Under the pieces are notes generated by a model. The model was not told the DNA's origin and searched no databases. It saw only the letters and a program-made list of their open reading frames with translations. From assembly GCA_963815455.1 (NCBI GenBank), contig CAWFGO010000001.1:1152001-1216000 (forward strand): a stretch of DNA of 64,000 bases, in the 5' to 3' direction. Source of the stretch: an uncultured Verrucomicrobiae bacterium (GTDB lineage: Bacteria > Verrucomicrobiota > Verrucomicrobiia > Chthoniobacterales > UBA10450). Below, piece after piece: positions 9,345-21,254 of this stretch. The position numbers and the translations under genes are program-made. Each line of letters starts with the position of its first letter. Position 1 is the stretch's first letter.

Positions 9345-10670
9345 TCAGCGACGCGGCGCGAACTTCCCTTCAATTAATCGATGCAAATGCGCTGCGATGG
9401 CGGGGTGATTAAGGCGCTGGATCACTTCATCCAGGAACCCGGTGACGAGGAGGCGTTGGGCGACTGGAACTGGAATACCCCGGCTGCGAAGATAGAAGAG
9501 TTCGTCTTCGTCGATCTGGCCAGAAGTGGCCCCGTGGGTGCAACGGACGTTATCGGCCAGAATTTCCAGGCCGGGCATTGAGTTGGCTTCGGCATCGTCG
9601 CTCAAAAGAAGGTTGCGAACTTTTTGATAGGCGTCGGTGAAATGAGCGTGGGGTTCGACCCGGATGAGGCCGCCAAATGTGCAGCGGGCGCGATCGTCCA
9701 GCGCGTTCTTGTAAAGAAGATCACTGGCAGTGTGCGGCGAGATGTGGTCCTGCAACGTGCGAGCATCGAATTCCTGCTCGGCGGTCGCGACGGCGACGGC
9801 GAGCAGGTCGCTGCGCGCGCCTTCGCCAATGAGCCGGCTCAGGCTCTCGAACCGCGAATATCTCGAACCGAGATTGAGATTCAAGCTCATGGCCGAGCCG
9901 TCGTGATCGACGGTGGTCGTGTTCATTTGCAATGCGCGCACGTTGTCGCCCCAGGTTTGGGCGCAAACGTAGGTGATCTTCGCGCCTGGCCCGGCGATCA
10001 GATCGTTCACTCCGCAAGCGAACCCGGCCGCTTGCCGATCGCACGACCGGAAATGCTCTACGACGGTGACCTTGGCCAATTCGTCGGTGACAAGCAACAG
10101 ATGCGGAAATACGGACACGCCTTGACCGCGCAACCAATGAAAGATTTCGATCGGGAGTTCGATCTCAACGCCGCGCGGCACGAAAAGGAAGGTGCCGTTC
10201 GATACCAGGGCCCGGTGTAGCGCGGCGAACCTGGCCGAGCCAAGAACCGCCGGTTGCGACATAAAATGTTTCTGGAACAGATCGGCATGCTCGATGATTG
10301 CGCGTTCGAGCGGTTGAAAGATCACGCCGCGCTTTTTCAGATCGTCTGAAACGATTTCGCGCTCGATCAGTTGATCGTTCGCGAAAATCAGGCGGGCGGC
10401 GAATTTGTCGAGCCCGACCGAGTACTTCAGGACGTTCTTTCGATCGTCATCTGAAAGCGGCCCGCCGAACTGGAATGGCGATAGATCGAGAAGATCGACA
10501 TTGGAAAAGCGCCAGAGCTGGTCCTTACGCGTTGGCGACGGCAACGCTTCGAATTCCTTCCATGCTTCGCGTTGCTGATCGCGAAACCAGTCGGGAAATT
10601 CGCGCGACTCGGCCGGGCCGGAGAGGATCGATCCGGGTTTCGCTATTTCAGGATGGGCTACAGACGGCAT
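9345..10670 (-). CDS. sufD: Fe-S assembly protein SufD
   Basis: PGLEILADNVRCTHGAT, FYLRSRGI; follows sufB. Confidence 0.93.
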   Translation of the reverse strand: MPSVAHPEIAKPGSILSGPAESREFPDWFRDQQREAWKEFEALPSPTRKDQLWRFSNVDLLDLSPFQFGGPLSDDDRKNVLKYSVGLDKFAARLIFANDQLIEREIVSDDLKKRGVIFQPLERAIIEHADLFQKHFMSQPAVLGSARFAALHRALVSNGTFLFVPRGVEIELPIEIFHWLRGQGVSVFPHLLLVTDELAKVTVVEHFRSCDRQAAGFACGVNDLIAGPGAKITYVCAQTWGDNVRALQMNTTTVDHDGSAMSLNLNLGSRYSRFESLSRLIGEGARSDLLAVAVATAEQEFDARTLQDHISPHTASDLLYKNALDDRARCTFGGLIRVEPHAHFTDAYQKVRNLLLSDDAEANSMPGLEILADNVRCTHGATSGQIDEDELFYLRSRGIPVPVAQRLLVTGFLDEVIQRLNHPAIAAHLHRLIEGKFAPRR

Positions 10671-10728
10671 GTTTTTGGCAGTGCGACCCCGAATGCTTTC
10701 GGGGCCGCAACAGAAGAATCGTCGCTAA

Positions 10729-12144
<1,416 letters not shown>

Positions 12145-12158
12145 GGTGGGTTCTCCTC

Positions 12159-12929
12159 CTATCTGCTCAACGCCATATCGCCGGCCGATTCTCGGGCCCA
12201 ATCGTAACCGCGTTCTTCGAGTTCGAGAGCGAGCTCCTTGCGACCGCTCCTGACTATTCGCCCCGCGACCATCACGTGAACGTGATCGGGCACGATGTAA
12301 TTCAGGAGGCGCTGATAATGCGTAATCAAAAGTATTCCAAGTTCGGGGCCGCGCAAAGAGTTCACCCCGTGGGCGACGGTCTTGAGCGCGTCGATGTCGA
12401 GACCACTATCGGTTTCGTCGAGAACAGCGTATTTCGGTTCCAGCATCGCCATCTGCAAAATTTCGGTCCGCTTTTTTTCGCCGCCGGAAAAGCCTTCATT
12501 GACCGAGCGCGAGGTGAACGAGCGATCCATGCCGAGCAGCTCCATCTTTTCGTAAAGCTTCGCGTAATAATCCGTCGCCTCGAGCTCCTCGCCTTCGGGC
12601 AGGCGCGACTGCAACGCCGCGCGCAGAAAATTCGCGATCGTCACGCCAGAAACCTCGCTTGGATACTGGAATGCCAGGAACAGCCCGCGCCGGGCGCGAT
12701 CGTCGGGCTCGAGTTCGAGCAAATTCTCGCCGTCCATCGTGACCTTGCCCGCGGTGACTTTGTAATCGGGGTGCCCGGCCAGCACCTTGGCCAGAGTGCT
12801 CTTGCCCGAACCATTCGGCCCCATGATCGCGTGGACCTCCCCCTTCGGCACAGTCAGACTTAGTCCGCGGACGATTTTCTGGTCGGCGATCTCCACGTGC
12901 AGGTTTTCAATGGTGAGTTCCTTATTCAT
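12159..12929 (-). CDS. sufC: Fe-S assembly ABC ATPase SufC
   Basis: [35 protein letters not shown]. Confidence 0.97.
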   Translation of the reverse strand: MNKELTIENLHVEIADQKIVRGLSLTVPKGEVHAIMGPNGSGKSTLAKVLAGHPDYKVTAGKVTMDGENLLELEPDDRARRGLFLAFQYPSEVSGVTIANFLRAALQSRLPEGEELEATDYYAKLYEKMELLGMDRSFTSRSVNEGFSGGEKKRTEILQMAMLEPKYAVLDETDSGLDIDALKTVAHGVNSLRGPELGILLITHYQRLLNYIVPDHVHVMVAGRIVRSGRKELALELEERGYDWARESAGDMALSR

Positions 12930-13166
12930 CGGGAACAGAAAACATACTCCAATCGCGGCCCTTGGCGAATACCGATTCGGCAAAGAGCACGCAGGGGGAA
13001 TTTGCGGGAATTTGCAAGTCCCGAGAAGAAACTGCGACGATTTGGCGCACCCCGGAGCATTGTTAACATCGACAACCCGTTAGGCGCGAGAGCGACCCGT
13101 TAACGAAACCAGGGAAGCATTCGGTGTCTGATAAGACTGCTACTTTTCGCTTGTTAGGGACGGCGG

Positions 13167-13182
13167 CGGCACCCGGCTTGCT
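13167..13182 (+). promoter_or_regulatory. Putative sigma54 promoter
   Basis: CGGCAC-CCGGC-TTGCT, near-consensus YGGCAC-N5-TTGCW. Confidence 0.65.
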
Positions 13183-13208
13183 CTAGCTACGACGCAAATA
13201 TTAGAGCT

Positions 13209-13931
13209 ATGCCGCCTCAAGATCATGAACCGAACATGAACGCGGAATCGACGATTCCGCTGCCCGACTCAGTCGTGAAGGCGACCAGCGAGCTGAACAA
13301 TTTACTGCAGATTATTTCCGGCACGACCTCGCTGCTCGACCAATCCTGCAAGGGCAACGAGAATTCGGCAAAATATCTTTCGATGTTGCACGCCAGTGTC
13401 CTGCGCGCGGAGAAAGTGGCGGCCGAACTGGTCCGCCGAGCGGGCGGACCGGAGGAAAAAGTGCTGATGAATCCCGACTCTTCGGCGTTTGGCAAAAAGA
13501 CCAAGCCGCAGCCGGCGGGAAAGAAGACATCCGTTCTTCTGGTAGACGACGAGCAAATGACCCTGGCCCTGGTGGCCAGGATACTGGGCGAAGCGGGGTA
13601 TCAGGTCACGACTGCACAATCCGGGTTTGAGTGTTTGGATCACGTCCGGCGCCGTCCCTACGAATTCGATTTGATCCTGCTCGATCTCACCATGCCTTTC
13701 ATGGACGGTGAGGAAACCTTCAACCGACTGCGCGAACTTCGGCCCGACGTGGCGGTGTTGATGTGTACCGGTTTTATTCAGCAGGAAAGATTAGAGCGGC
13801 TCATGGCTACGGGGCTTGCCGGTTTTCTGCGAAAGCCATTGTCGCCGGACGAAATCGTCGACCATGTGCGCTCGACTCTGGCCCGCGTAAAATATTCCCG
13901 GGACAGCAGTGGTATCCCGGCGAGTGCCTAA
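13209..13931 (+). CDS. Response regulator: degenerate HisKA-like helix plus REC domain
   Basis: TSELNNLLQIISG (no His), then LLVDDE, LLDLTMP, CTG, LRKP. Confidence 0.85.
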   Translation: MPPQDHEPNMNAESTIPLPDSVVKATSELNNLLQIISGTTSLLDQSCKGNENSAKYLSMLHASVLRAEKVAAELVRRAGGPEEKVLMNPDSSAFGKKTKPQPAGKKTSVLLVDDEQMTLALVARILGEAGYQVTTAQSGFECLDHVRRRPYEFDLILLDLTMPFMDGEETFNRLRELRPDVAVLMCTGFIQQERLERLMATGLAGFLRKPLSPDEIVDHVRSTLARVKYSRDSSGIPASA

Positions 13932-13982
13932 ACGCTCCGCCGACTGCTGGTCTCTTATTGCCAGGAAGTTGGAGTCTGGGAT

Positions 13983-15959
13983 TTAATTGTTTGGCAGGCT
14001 AACCGCCGCTCGTTCGCCCACTGCGTCTGAGCAGCCGGCCTCCATCTGTGTTTCGCTAGCTGAACAGGAGATGGCGTAAACCTCGATCATTTCCTTTACA
14101 CCAGGAAGATCGACAAATCCTAGCGAGCGCAAGCCTGACCGGCCGCTGGTCACGGCTTGTACGTTTTCACTGACAATAAAATCGCATCCCAGCTCCTTGG
14201 TCAGTTCCTGGAGTTTCCAGGACACGTTTACGGCGTCGCCGATAACGGTGAATTCCATGCGCTCGGGCGATCCGACATTGCCGACTACGACCTCGCCATG
14301 ATGAATCGCGATGCCAGCGCGCAGTTGCGGCCATCCTCGGGCCAACCACTTCTTGTTTAAAGCGGCCAATTCCGTTTGCATCGCCAGACCGGCCTGCACC
14401 GCATGGTCGGCGTCGCGGGCCACGCCCTGGCTATGGATATTTCCCCAGACAGCCATGACGGCGTCGCCGATAAACTTGTCGAGTGTGCCGCCGAATCGAA
14501 AGACGCACTTGACCATGGCGCCGAGATATTCGTTCAGCTGATTGACGACCTCATGCGGGTTGCTTGTCGCGCTGATGAGGGAATAGCCCCGGATGTCGGA
14601 GAAGAGAATGGTGACCGGCTTGATTGAACCCCCTAACGACTCGGTATAATGTTTGGGGTCATCTAACATTTCGTGCACGACGTCGCGGGAAACGTAGCGC
14701 TCCAAAGTTCGCCGGAGCCGGCTTTTGTCGAGGCGCTCCACCGTGAAGTCGGCCACCAAACCCAGCAGCGCGGTGGCGTTCAGCTCGATCAGCGCAGGAA
14801 CCAAGGGCAGATAAATCGAAGCGTGGTTGAAAAGGTAAATCGCAGCCCAACCGGCCCCGGCATCAAGAGCGACCAAGGCAATAAGCCGGAGCCACGGAGC
14901 GGCCAGGTTCATGGACAAGGCGACAGCAAGGACTGCAGCGAAAGTGGTTAACAAGATCACCGTCCCGTAGGGCACTTCGCTGATAAATTCATTGTGCAGA
15001 GCAGCATTGATCGCGTTGAGGTGAATCTCCGGCCCGGGCATCGAACCGAACGGCGTTTCGTGTTCGTCGTGCTGCCAATTCCCTTCGGCCCCGATAATGA
15101 CAATCTTATCGCGAAAAAAGTCTCCCGAACGGTAGTTGTGCTTCCAGTATTCGGGCACGAATATCTCAAACACCGAATACGGCGGAAATCCGATCTTCGG
15201 CGGACCCGCAAACCGGATCGGCTGTGGCGTTAGTCCTCCCGGCACGGAAGATCCGTAGCCGGCTTTTTCCAAGGCGACTGTTGCCAGCGAAAGCAATCGC
15301 TCGCTCCCGGGCGCGGGGTCGTCGCCACGGACCTGCTCGAACGTGACCCGGTAGGCGACTCGACGGACCACATTATCAGCGTCAGGCCAGTAGTTGGTGA
15401 AGCCGACGCGATCGTCCAGGGGCGAGGTCTGCGGGATTAGAGATTCCGTTGGAAGGGTGTGACTGGCGCTGATTATCTCCAAACCGTTCCGGCCAGGATC
15501 GACAAAATTGCTCCCGATAACGACTTGGTCGCGATACTTATCGAGCGTTACCCGGAAGGCCGCATCGTCCTGGCTTGCCGTGGGAAAAGTCAGATCGAAA
15601 ACGACCACTTTCGCTCCAGCTCCCAGCAAGCGTTCTGTTATAAGCGCGTAGATTTCGCGGCGCCAGGGGAAGGTTTTGGTCATCAATTGAAACGCCCGCG
15701 CTTCGATGCCGGTCTGTCCGGCCAGGCCATACATCTGCCGGGCATCCATTTCGTCCTCCAGTCCCACCGAGTCGGCGTCGATGGCGAGAAAGACGAGATT
15801 GGGGTCCGGCTTGGCCAGTCGTCCGGCCCGGGTGACTCCGTCGCGATAAATATTTCGCAGCCGGATGTAAAGGAGCGGTTGGGCCCGATCAATCTCGACC
15901 ACGACAGCTCCGCACAGCACTGCCAATCCAATCATCATCCGAAGCCGCTTTGGCCACAT
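13983..15959 (-). CDS. CHASE2 + 3TM + class III adenylate/guanylate cyclase
   Basis: DADNVVRR, TPFGSMPGPEIH, 3 TM, ILFSDIRGY, DKFIGDAVM, IGDAVN. Confidence 0.93.
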   Translation of the reverse strand: MWPKRLRMMIGLAVLCGAVVVEIDRAQPLLYIRLRNIYRDGVTRAGRLAKPDPNLVFLAIDADSVGLEDEMDARQMYGLAGQTGIEARAFQLMTKTFPWRREIYALITERLLGAGAKVVVFDLTFPTASQDDAAFRVTLDKYRDQVVIGSNFVDPGRNGLEIISASHTLPTESLIPQTSPLDDRVGFTNYWPDADNVVRRVAYRVTFEQVRGDDPAPGSERLLSLATVALEKAGYGSSVPGGLTPQPIRFAGPPKIGFPPYSVFEIFVPEYWKHNYRSGDFFRDKIVIIGAEGNWQHDEHETPFGSMPGPEIHLNAINAALHNEFISEVPYGTVILLTTFAAVLAVALSMNLAAPWLRLIALVALDAGAGWAAIYLFNHASIYLPLVPALIELNATALLGLVADFTVERLDKSRLRRTLERYVSRDVVHEMLDDPKHYTESLGGSIKPVTILFSDIRGYSLISATSNPHEVVNQLNEYLGAMVKCVFRFGGTLDKFIGDAVMAVWGNIHSQGVARDADHAVQAGLAMQTELAALNKKWLARGWPQLRAGIAIHHGEVVVGNVGSPERMEFTVIGDAVNVSWKLQELTKELGCDFIVSENVQAVTSGRSGLRSLGFVDLPGVKEMIEVYAISCSASETQMEAGCSDAVGERAAVSLPNN

Positions 15960-15972
15960 TCCATCGGACGGA

Positions 15973-16019
15973 AGCCGGAATTGTGCCCTACTGGAAAGGG
16001 GCGCGGCACAGCGACTGCT
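15973..16019. promoter_or_regulatory. Back-to-back putative sigma54 promoters
   Basis: Plus: CGGCACAGCGACTGCT (16004-16019), +1 about 16030. Minus: GGGCACAATTCCGGCT (15988-15973), weaker. Confidence 0.5.
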
Positions 16020-16030
16020 CAACGAATATC

Positions 16031-17020
16031 GTGTCTAAGCTTTTGCCTGTTGGAGTGTTCGGCGCGCTCTTTGGATTCCTGCCCCTCGGCCAGGGGACTG
16101 CCTCGGCCCAGACCCAAACGCCTTTGGCCATCCTAACGGCCGCCAATCTTTATGCTCAAAATACCCAGATTGAGCAGGCCCGCCTTTTCGATCGTCCGCC
16201 CGGAACGGAAAACGTTGGCGTCACCGCCGATGGCACCCCGCTTCCGGACACGGGCACAACCTCGGACGACGACAGTTTTGGCGCCCAACAAATCCTCAAA
16301 AGCCAGGAACGGGCGCGCGAATTCGTGCTCACCGGGAATGCGGCCGTGTTTTACACGAACAATGTCGCCCTGACGCCGCACTCGACCATTGACGATGCCT
16401 TCTTCGTCGCCAACGCCGGTATTGCCTGGAACAAGGCGTTAACCAGCGAGGTTCAAATGCAAATCGGGGCGGGCGCTTCGTTCTTCCGTTACTTCGATAC
16501 CACCTCCCTTGATTTTGAGAACCTGGGCGGGGGAATTGGCTTCACCTGGGCGCCCCGGAACTGGAACGGAATCGGAATGTTTGCCCGATACGATTTCGCC
16601 GAATTGCTCGATACCCACAGCAACGAAATTCTCCAGGATCATGAATTCTCACTCGGGGTGCAGAAAACGATCGTGCTCGGCCGGTCTCACGCGGTGACGC
16701 TGGGGGTCACCGGTTCGGCCGGGATATCCGATCCGTTCGCGGCCCAGCGTGACCAAATCGCCGGGTTTATCGGGTACCAGATCGCCTTGACTCGACAGCT
16801 TCAAGCCGAAGCGCTATTTCGCGCGGCCGGCAATTTCTACAACGACGATGGCCGTAACGACTACAACCAGATTCTCAGCATCGGCCTGCATTATCGGGTA
16901 ACGAATTGGGCGGAACTAAACGCGCTCTTTTCCTGGGGACTGAACCGTTCCAGTCATTCCACTTTTGATTACGACGTTCTCAACACCGGCGGAGGGGTGG
17001 GATTGACCCTGCGATTCTAA
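16031..17020 (+). CDS. Outer-membrane beta-barrel protein
   Basis: Signal peptide, amphipathic beta strands, C-terminal GLTLRF; TAATG overlap with next gene. Confidence 0.8.
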   Translation: MSKLLPVGVFGALFGFLPLGQGTASAQTQTPLAILTAANLYAQNTQIEQARLFDRPPGTENVGVTADGTPLPDTGTTSDDDSFGAQQILKSQERAREFVLTGNAAVFYTNNVALTPHSTIDDAFFVANAGIAWNKALTSEVQMQIGAGASFFRYFDTTSLDFENLGGGIGFTWAPRNWNGIGMFARYDFAELLDTHSNEILQDHEFSLGVQKTIVLGRSHAVTLGVTGSAGISDPFAAQRDQIAGFIGYQIALTRQLQAEALFRAAGNFYNDDGRNDYNQILSIGLHYRVTNWAELNALFSWGLNRSSHSTFDYDVLNTGGGVGLTLRF

Positions 17021-20000
17021 TGAAAAACTCGATTGTTCTCTGCCTTCTCGGCGTCGCTCTGTCATTCGCCCAAACTGGCCACTCGGCACCCCTGACCGAG
17101 GCGAGGGTTACCAAGATTATCAACGATGTGAAGATCATCGATCCGAGCGCCGTCGCGCATCCCGCCCGCCTCGACGATGTCATCAAAGGCGACCTCGGTT
17201 TGAAGACCGGCATCAAATCGCGTTCTGAACTTCTTTTTCAGGACGACACGCTCACCCGGATCGGCCCGGAAAGTTATTTCAGTTTCAAGCCCGGAACGCG
17301 CGACATGGTTCTCGAGCGCGGCACAATGCTGTTGCAAGTGCCGAAAAACATCGGCGGAGCCAAGATCCACAGCGGAGCAATCACCGCCTCCATCACCGGG
17401 ACAACCATCATGATGGAGCATATTCCCAATCGAAGTCTCAAGGTTCTCGTTCTCGAAGGAAGCCTGCGATTGTCGATCGACGGAAAAATAGGTGACAGCC
17501 TCCTTCTTCTACCGGGCCGGATGATCATCATGCCGCCAAAGGCAACTCGCATTCCGGACCCGGTCACGGTCGATTTGAAGAAAATCGTCAGCACATCGGG
17601 TCTGGTGAAAATGCGCGGCAAGAAGGACGCCGCCGCCACACCTCTTCCAAGCCTGAAACTAATCGAAAAGGAGATTAATAAACAGGAAGCGGAACGAGCG
17701 GCAAACGAGCTGGTGGACACCAATCTGGTAATTGCGGGCAAAGGCACCAAGGTCCTGCTCGGTTCGGACGAGTTGTTAGACAACCTGGCCAGGCATAGCG
17801 ATGCGACACCTCCCTCGAGGGCATCGTTGCCCGAGCCAACGCCGAATCCGACGCCGAATATCAATCCGACACCCAATCCAAATCCCCCGCCCAGCGGAAC
17901 ACCGCCTCCACCACCGCCCGGGCTTTATACTACGGATAGCACGACCACCATCACGACTCGTAATAACGCTCTGACAATCGTGACCCAGGGCGTAACCCAA
18001 TCCGGAGTAGCTTACAAGGACTTGCAGACTAACGGTTCGCCTGCCGGATTTCTCTTTGGCGGTCCTTCGGCTTTCGATAACGAATTTGGTTTCGACACTT
18101 TCTATCTCCAGAACTTCGGCCAAAGCGCGGTCTATACTTTTGATTCGCTCCAGCTGGGAGGAGGCTTGACCTTTGTAACCAGCGACGGGGCCAATCGGGT
18201 CGCTCTGATTGGAAATAATGGCATAACAAATAGCGCCGCCGGCGTGATTCAACTCGGAGGGATCGACAAACTGTTATTCGGAACCCGGAGCGGAAACATC
18301 ACCCTCGATTCCGGAATCTCTTTTGCGGGCACGGGCGAGAAACCTTCGCTTCTGCAATTTTATGCTCGGAACGGCGACCTGAGCATTGGATCAACATTCA
18401 CCCTTCCCAATACGACCTTCCGATTTGGAGCCGAGAACAATGCCCTTCTTGATTCCGGTGTTGCCATTATAGGCAAGAATTTAACCATGACCGGTTTGCA
18501 AACAGCGCGCTTTGACGGCAACGCCAATCTTTCGTCGCTCTTTCAACTCAACGGCGGTGATGTTGCCCTTGGCGGCACTGTGACGGCAAAGACCGGCTTT
18601 CTTTATGGAAGCTCCGCCACAGTCAATGGAACCTTTGCGGGTGAGAATCTGACCGCCAATGTGACCGGGAACTTTAGCTTGGGCGGCTCCGTCTCTCTCC
18701 ACGGAACCAGTCTCCTCCAGATTAACGCCGGCGGTACGGCAACAATCGCAGGAACCGTCGGTGGAAATCTAACAATTAACGCCCACGACATTGTTTTTGG
18801 CATCGACATGGCATTTGCACCAAACGCGAAAGTCGAACTCACCGCCTCGGGCGGCAACATCGATGCTACCGGTCACAGCTTGAGCGGCTTCGACCAGATT
18901 TCGCTGGATGTCGGCAACCTGATTGCGGGCAGCTTGATGGCCAAAACGCTTCTGGTCGGCGGAATCTTGGGCGGCGGATCGATCAATGCCGAGACGATTA
19001 CGACCAATGGATTGCACGTGGATAACGTAACCGCCACCAAAACGCTCACCATCAACAGCCCGGATCTGGCCCCTTACTCTGGCAATACGATTTCAATCAA
19101 CACACCGAGCCTCTTGTTAGTCGCAGGCGCGACCCTGGATGGAGCAAATGGAACCCTGGTTCTCCCGCCTGGAAACGCGTCGAATCTCTCGATCACGACG
19201 GTTAATCTCACGCTGGGCACGAATATAAGCCTCAACGGCGGCGATGGCGACATTAACGTGAGCGATGCCGGCGGCAGCGGCGGCCAGTTGTCCGTCATTA
19301 CCAGTAACTCCCTCACCGTAAACGCGCCTATTTCCGCAACTACCGGCCAGAATAGCACCAGCGGAATGACCGGCGGCGACGGCGGAACCGTAAACCTGAG
19401 CACCAGCGGCACCGTGACGCTAAACAATCGGATCGAGGTTTCATCGAACGACGGAAACCGACGACGCAGTGCCACCGGAGGCAACATTACTGTGACCAGC
19501 ACGAAAACGAGCGGCACCGCCATTTCTGTCGGTAGCAGCGCCCAGCTGCTCGCTCTGTTGGATGCGGCCGCGCCGGGCCCGGGCGGTTCGATCAAGTTCA
19601 TATCCGCCGGAGGCGACATCAACATCAGTGGCACCGCTCAGGCCGATCGCGGCACCGTGCAGGTCGATAACAATGGGACCAGCGGCAAGGTGAATCTCAC
19701 TAACGCGATGTTGCACGGGGACGTCATTAAAATTGGCGCGCTGGGAAGCAATGGCACGCTCAACATCGGCGGCGGAACCATCGACGCCGATTCGGTGATT
19801 AAACTTTATGCCGGAAGCAGCAACGGCACGATCAACTTCACCAACAATGTCACTCTGAGCGGGAACAGTGTTAAAACCATCGCGGCCAACACCGTCACCA
19901 TTTTCAATGGCAAGATGGTCACCATCCTTGGCCCGGCCCCGGCCAATGTCTTTACCCAACATCCCAACTACATGGGCTCCGGAGGAAACGGGACCACGAC

Positions 20001-20058
20001 CGGAACCTTCGGTGGCCAAGGCGCCGTCACATCATCCAGTTCACCGCCGGGGTACTGA
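17020..20058 (+). CDS. Secreted FecR-domain protein with Pro-rich linker and G/T/N-rich adhesin-like repeats
   Basis: KTGIKSRSELLFQDDTLTRIG, ASITGTT, VLVLEG (FecR-like); PTPNP linker; repeated GGxV/IxL/I motifs. Confidence 0.85.
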   Translation: MKNSIVLCLLGVALSFAQTGHSAPLTEARVTKIINDVKIIDPSAVAHPARLDDVIKGDLGLKTGIKSRSELLFQDDTLTRIGPESYFSFKPGTRDMVLERGTMLLQVPKNIGGAKIHSGAITASITGTTIMMEHIPNRSLKVLVLEGSLRLSIDGKIGDSLLLLPGRMIIMPPKATRIPDPVTVDLKKIVSTSGLVKMRGKKDAAATPLPSLKLIEKEINKQEAERAANELVDTNLVIAGKGTKVLLGSDELLDNLARHSDATPPSRASLPEPTPNPTPNINPTPNPNPPPSGTPPPPPPGLYTTDSTTTITTRNNALTIVTQGVTQSGVAYKDLQTNGSPAGFLFGGPSAFDNEFGFDTFYLQNFGQSAVYTFDSLQLGGGLTFVTSDGANRVALIGNNGITNSAAGVIQLGGIDKLLFGTRSGNITLDSGISFAGTGEKPSLLQFYARNGDLSIGSTFTLPNTTFRFGAENNALLDSGVAIIGKNLTMTGLQTARFDGNANLSSLFQLNGGDVALGGTVTAKTGFLYGSSATVNGTFAGENLTANVTGNFSLGGSVSLHGTSLLQINAGGTATIAGTVGGNLTINAHDIVFGIDMAFAPNAKVELTASGGNIDATGHSLSGFDQISLDVGNLIAGSLMAKTLLVGGILGGGSINAETITTNGLHVDNVTATKTLTINSPDLAPYSGNTISINTPSLLLVAGATLDGANGTLVLPPGNASNLSITTVNLTLGTNISLNGGDGDINVSDAGGSGGQLSVITSNSLTVNAPISATTGQNSTSGMTGGDGGTVNLSTSGTVTLNNRIEVSSNDGNRRRSATGGNITVTSTKTSGTAISVGSSAQLLALLDAAAPGPGGSIKFISAGGDINISGTAQADRGTVQVDNNGTSGKVNLTNAMLHGDVIKIGALGSNGTLNIGGGTIDADSVIKLYAGSSNGTINFTNNVTLSGNSVKTIAANTVTIFNGKMVTILGPAPANVFTQHPNYMGSGGNGTTTGTFGGQGAVTSSSSPPGY

Positions 20059-20060
20059 AG

Positions 20061-21254
20061 GTGAAGGTTCTGCCGGCAACCGAGGGTAAAACGCTTTCAG
20101 GGTTAGGCGAGGCAGGCGCATTTCAGCTTTCCCTGTTCGCTTCTCCTCAGCGCGAGTCTTTCCGCGACAACGATCTCCTCGCCGGAGTCAGCGACGAAGC
20201 CTACGCAGAGATCGAGAAGGCCATCGAGACCGTTCATTACAGCGGAGGCCAACCGATTTTCAATGAAGATGAGCTGGGCGATTGCCTCTACCTCATTGGC
20301 AAAGGCTCGGTCAAAATTTCAAAAAAAGGCCGCGGAGGTCAGCAGGAAACTCTCGCGCATTTGCCCGAACGAGATTTCTTTGGCGAGATGGCGCTGGTAG
20401 ACAGCGGCAGGCGTTCCGCCCAGGCGTCCGCGGTCGGGTACACGATTCTCGGGCGGATCGATCGACAAGGTTGGGATCTTCTCCTTCATCTTTCCCCGCA
20501 CGAAGTGCTCGGAAATTTTACCCGGGCGGTGACGAAACGCCTTCGAAACAACAATCAGCACTTCATCGAACAAATGATGCGCAACGAGCGGCTCTCTCTT
20601 ATTGGCACGACCGTCAGCTCGATCGCGCACGACATGAACAACCCGATCAATTGCATCATGCACGCCTGCGAAGTGATTCACTCCAACATTCGCGGCGAGC
20701 TGGCCGAGGAAATGACCGGTATTATTCGCAAGTCCGTCAAGAGCATGGAAACGATGACCCGCGAGCTGGTCGATTTTTCGCGCGGCAAGACCCAGCTCCA
20801 TTTGGAATCAGTCAGCGTCAAGGATTTCCTGGCCGACCTTCAACCGCACTTTGCCAAGTGCCGGCCGTTCATTGACGTCGAAATCGATGCTCAATACACC
20901 GGCTGTCTTCACATAGATCGACATCGGCTCCTGCGCGTCTTTGCCAACCTGATCCGCAATGCTCGCGAGGCGATGGGGACGGGCGAAAACAATCAGCTCC
21001 GGTTTATCATCGAAAAAATTCTATCAAACGTCCGATTTATCGTTTCGGACACGGGTCACGGCATTCCCAGCGAACTCCTGCCGCAAATTTTCGAACCGTT
21101 CGTGACTCACGGAAAAACGGACGGCACCGGGCTGGGTCTGGCGATTAGCAAAGCCGTGGTCGAAGCGCATCACGGCACGATCTCCGTTTCCAGCAGCAAC
21201 AAAGGCACATCTTTTCGCATCGATTTGCCACTGAACGGGAAAACGACCGGCTAA
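20061..21254 (+). CDS. cNMP-binding sensor histidine kinase
   Basis: FFGEMALVDSGRRSA, AHDMNNP H-box, NLIRNA, DTGHGI, GTGLGL. Confidence 0.93.
   Translation: MKVLPATEGKTLSGLGEAGAFQLSLFASPQRESFRDNDLLAGVSDEAYAEIEKAIETVHYSGGQPIFNEDELGDCLYLIGKGSVKISKKGRGGQQETLAHLPERDFFGEMALVDSGRRSAQASAVGYTILGRIDRQGWDLLLHLSPHEVLGNFTRAVTKRLRNNNQHFIEQMMRNERLSLIGTTVSSIAHDMNNPINCIMHACEVIHSNIRGELAEEMTGIIRKSVKSMETMTRELVDFSRGKTQLHLESVSVKDFLADLQPHFAKCRPFIDVEIDAQYTGCLHIDRHRLLRVFANLIRNAREAMGTGENNQLRFIIEKILSNVRFIVSDTGHGIPSELLPQIFEPFVTHGKTDGTGLGLAISKAVVEAHHGTISVSSSNKGTSFRIDLPLNGKTTG

Noticed and set aside
13001..13019. TTGC-N-TTGCAA box before sufC and a similar one at 911-927
   Set aside because: Too short and degenerate to assign to a regulator by eye
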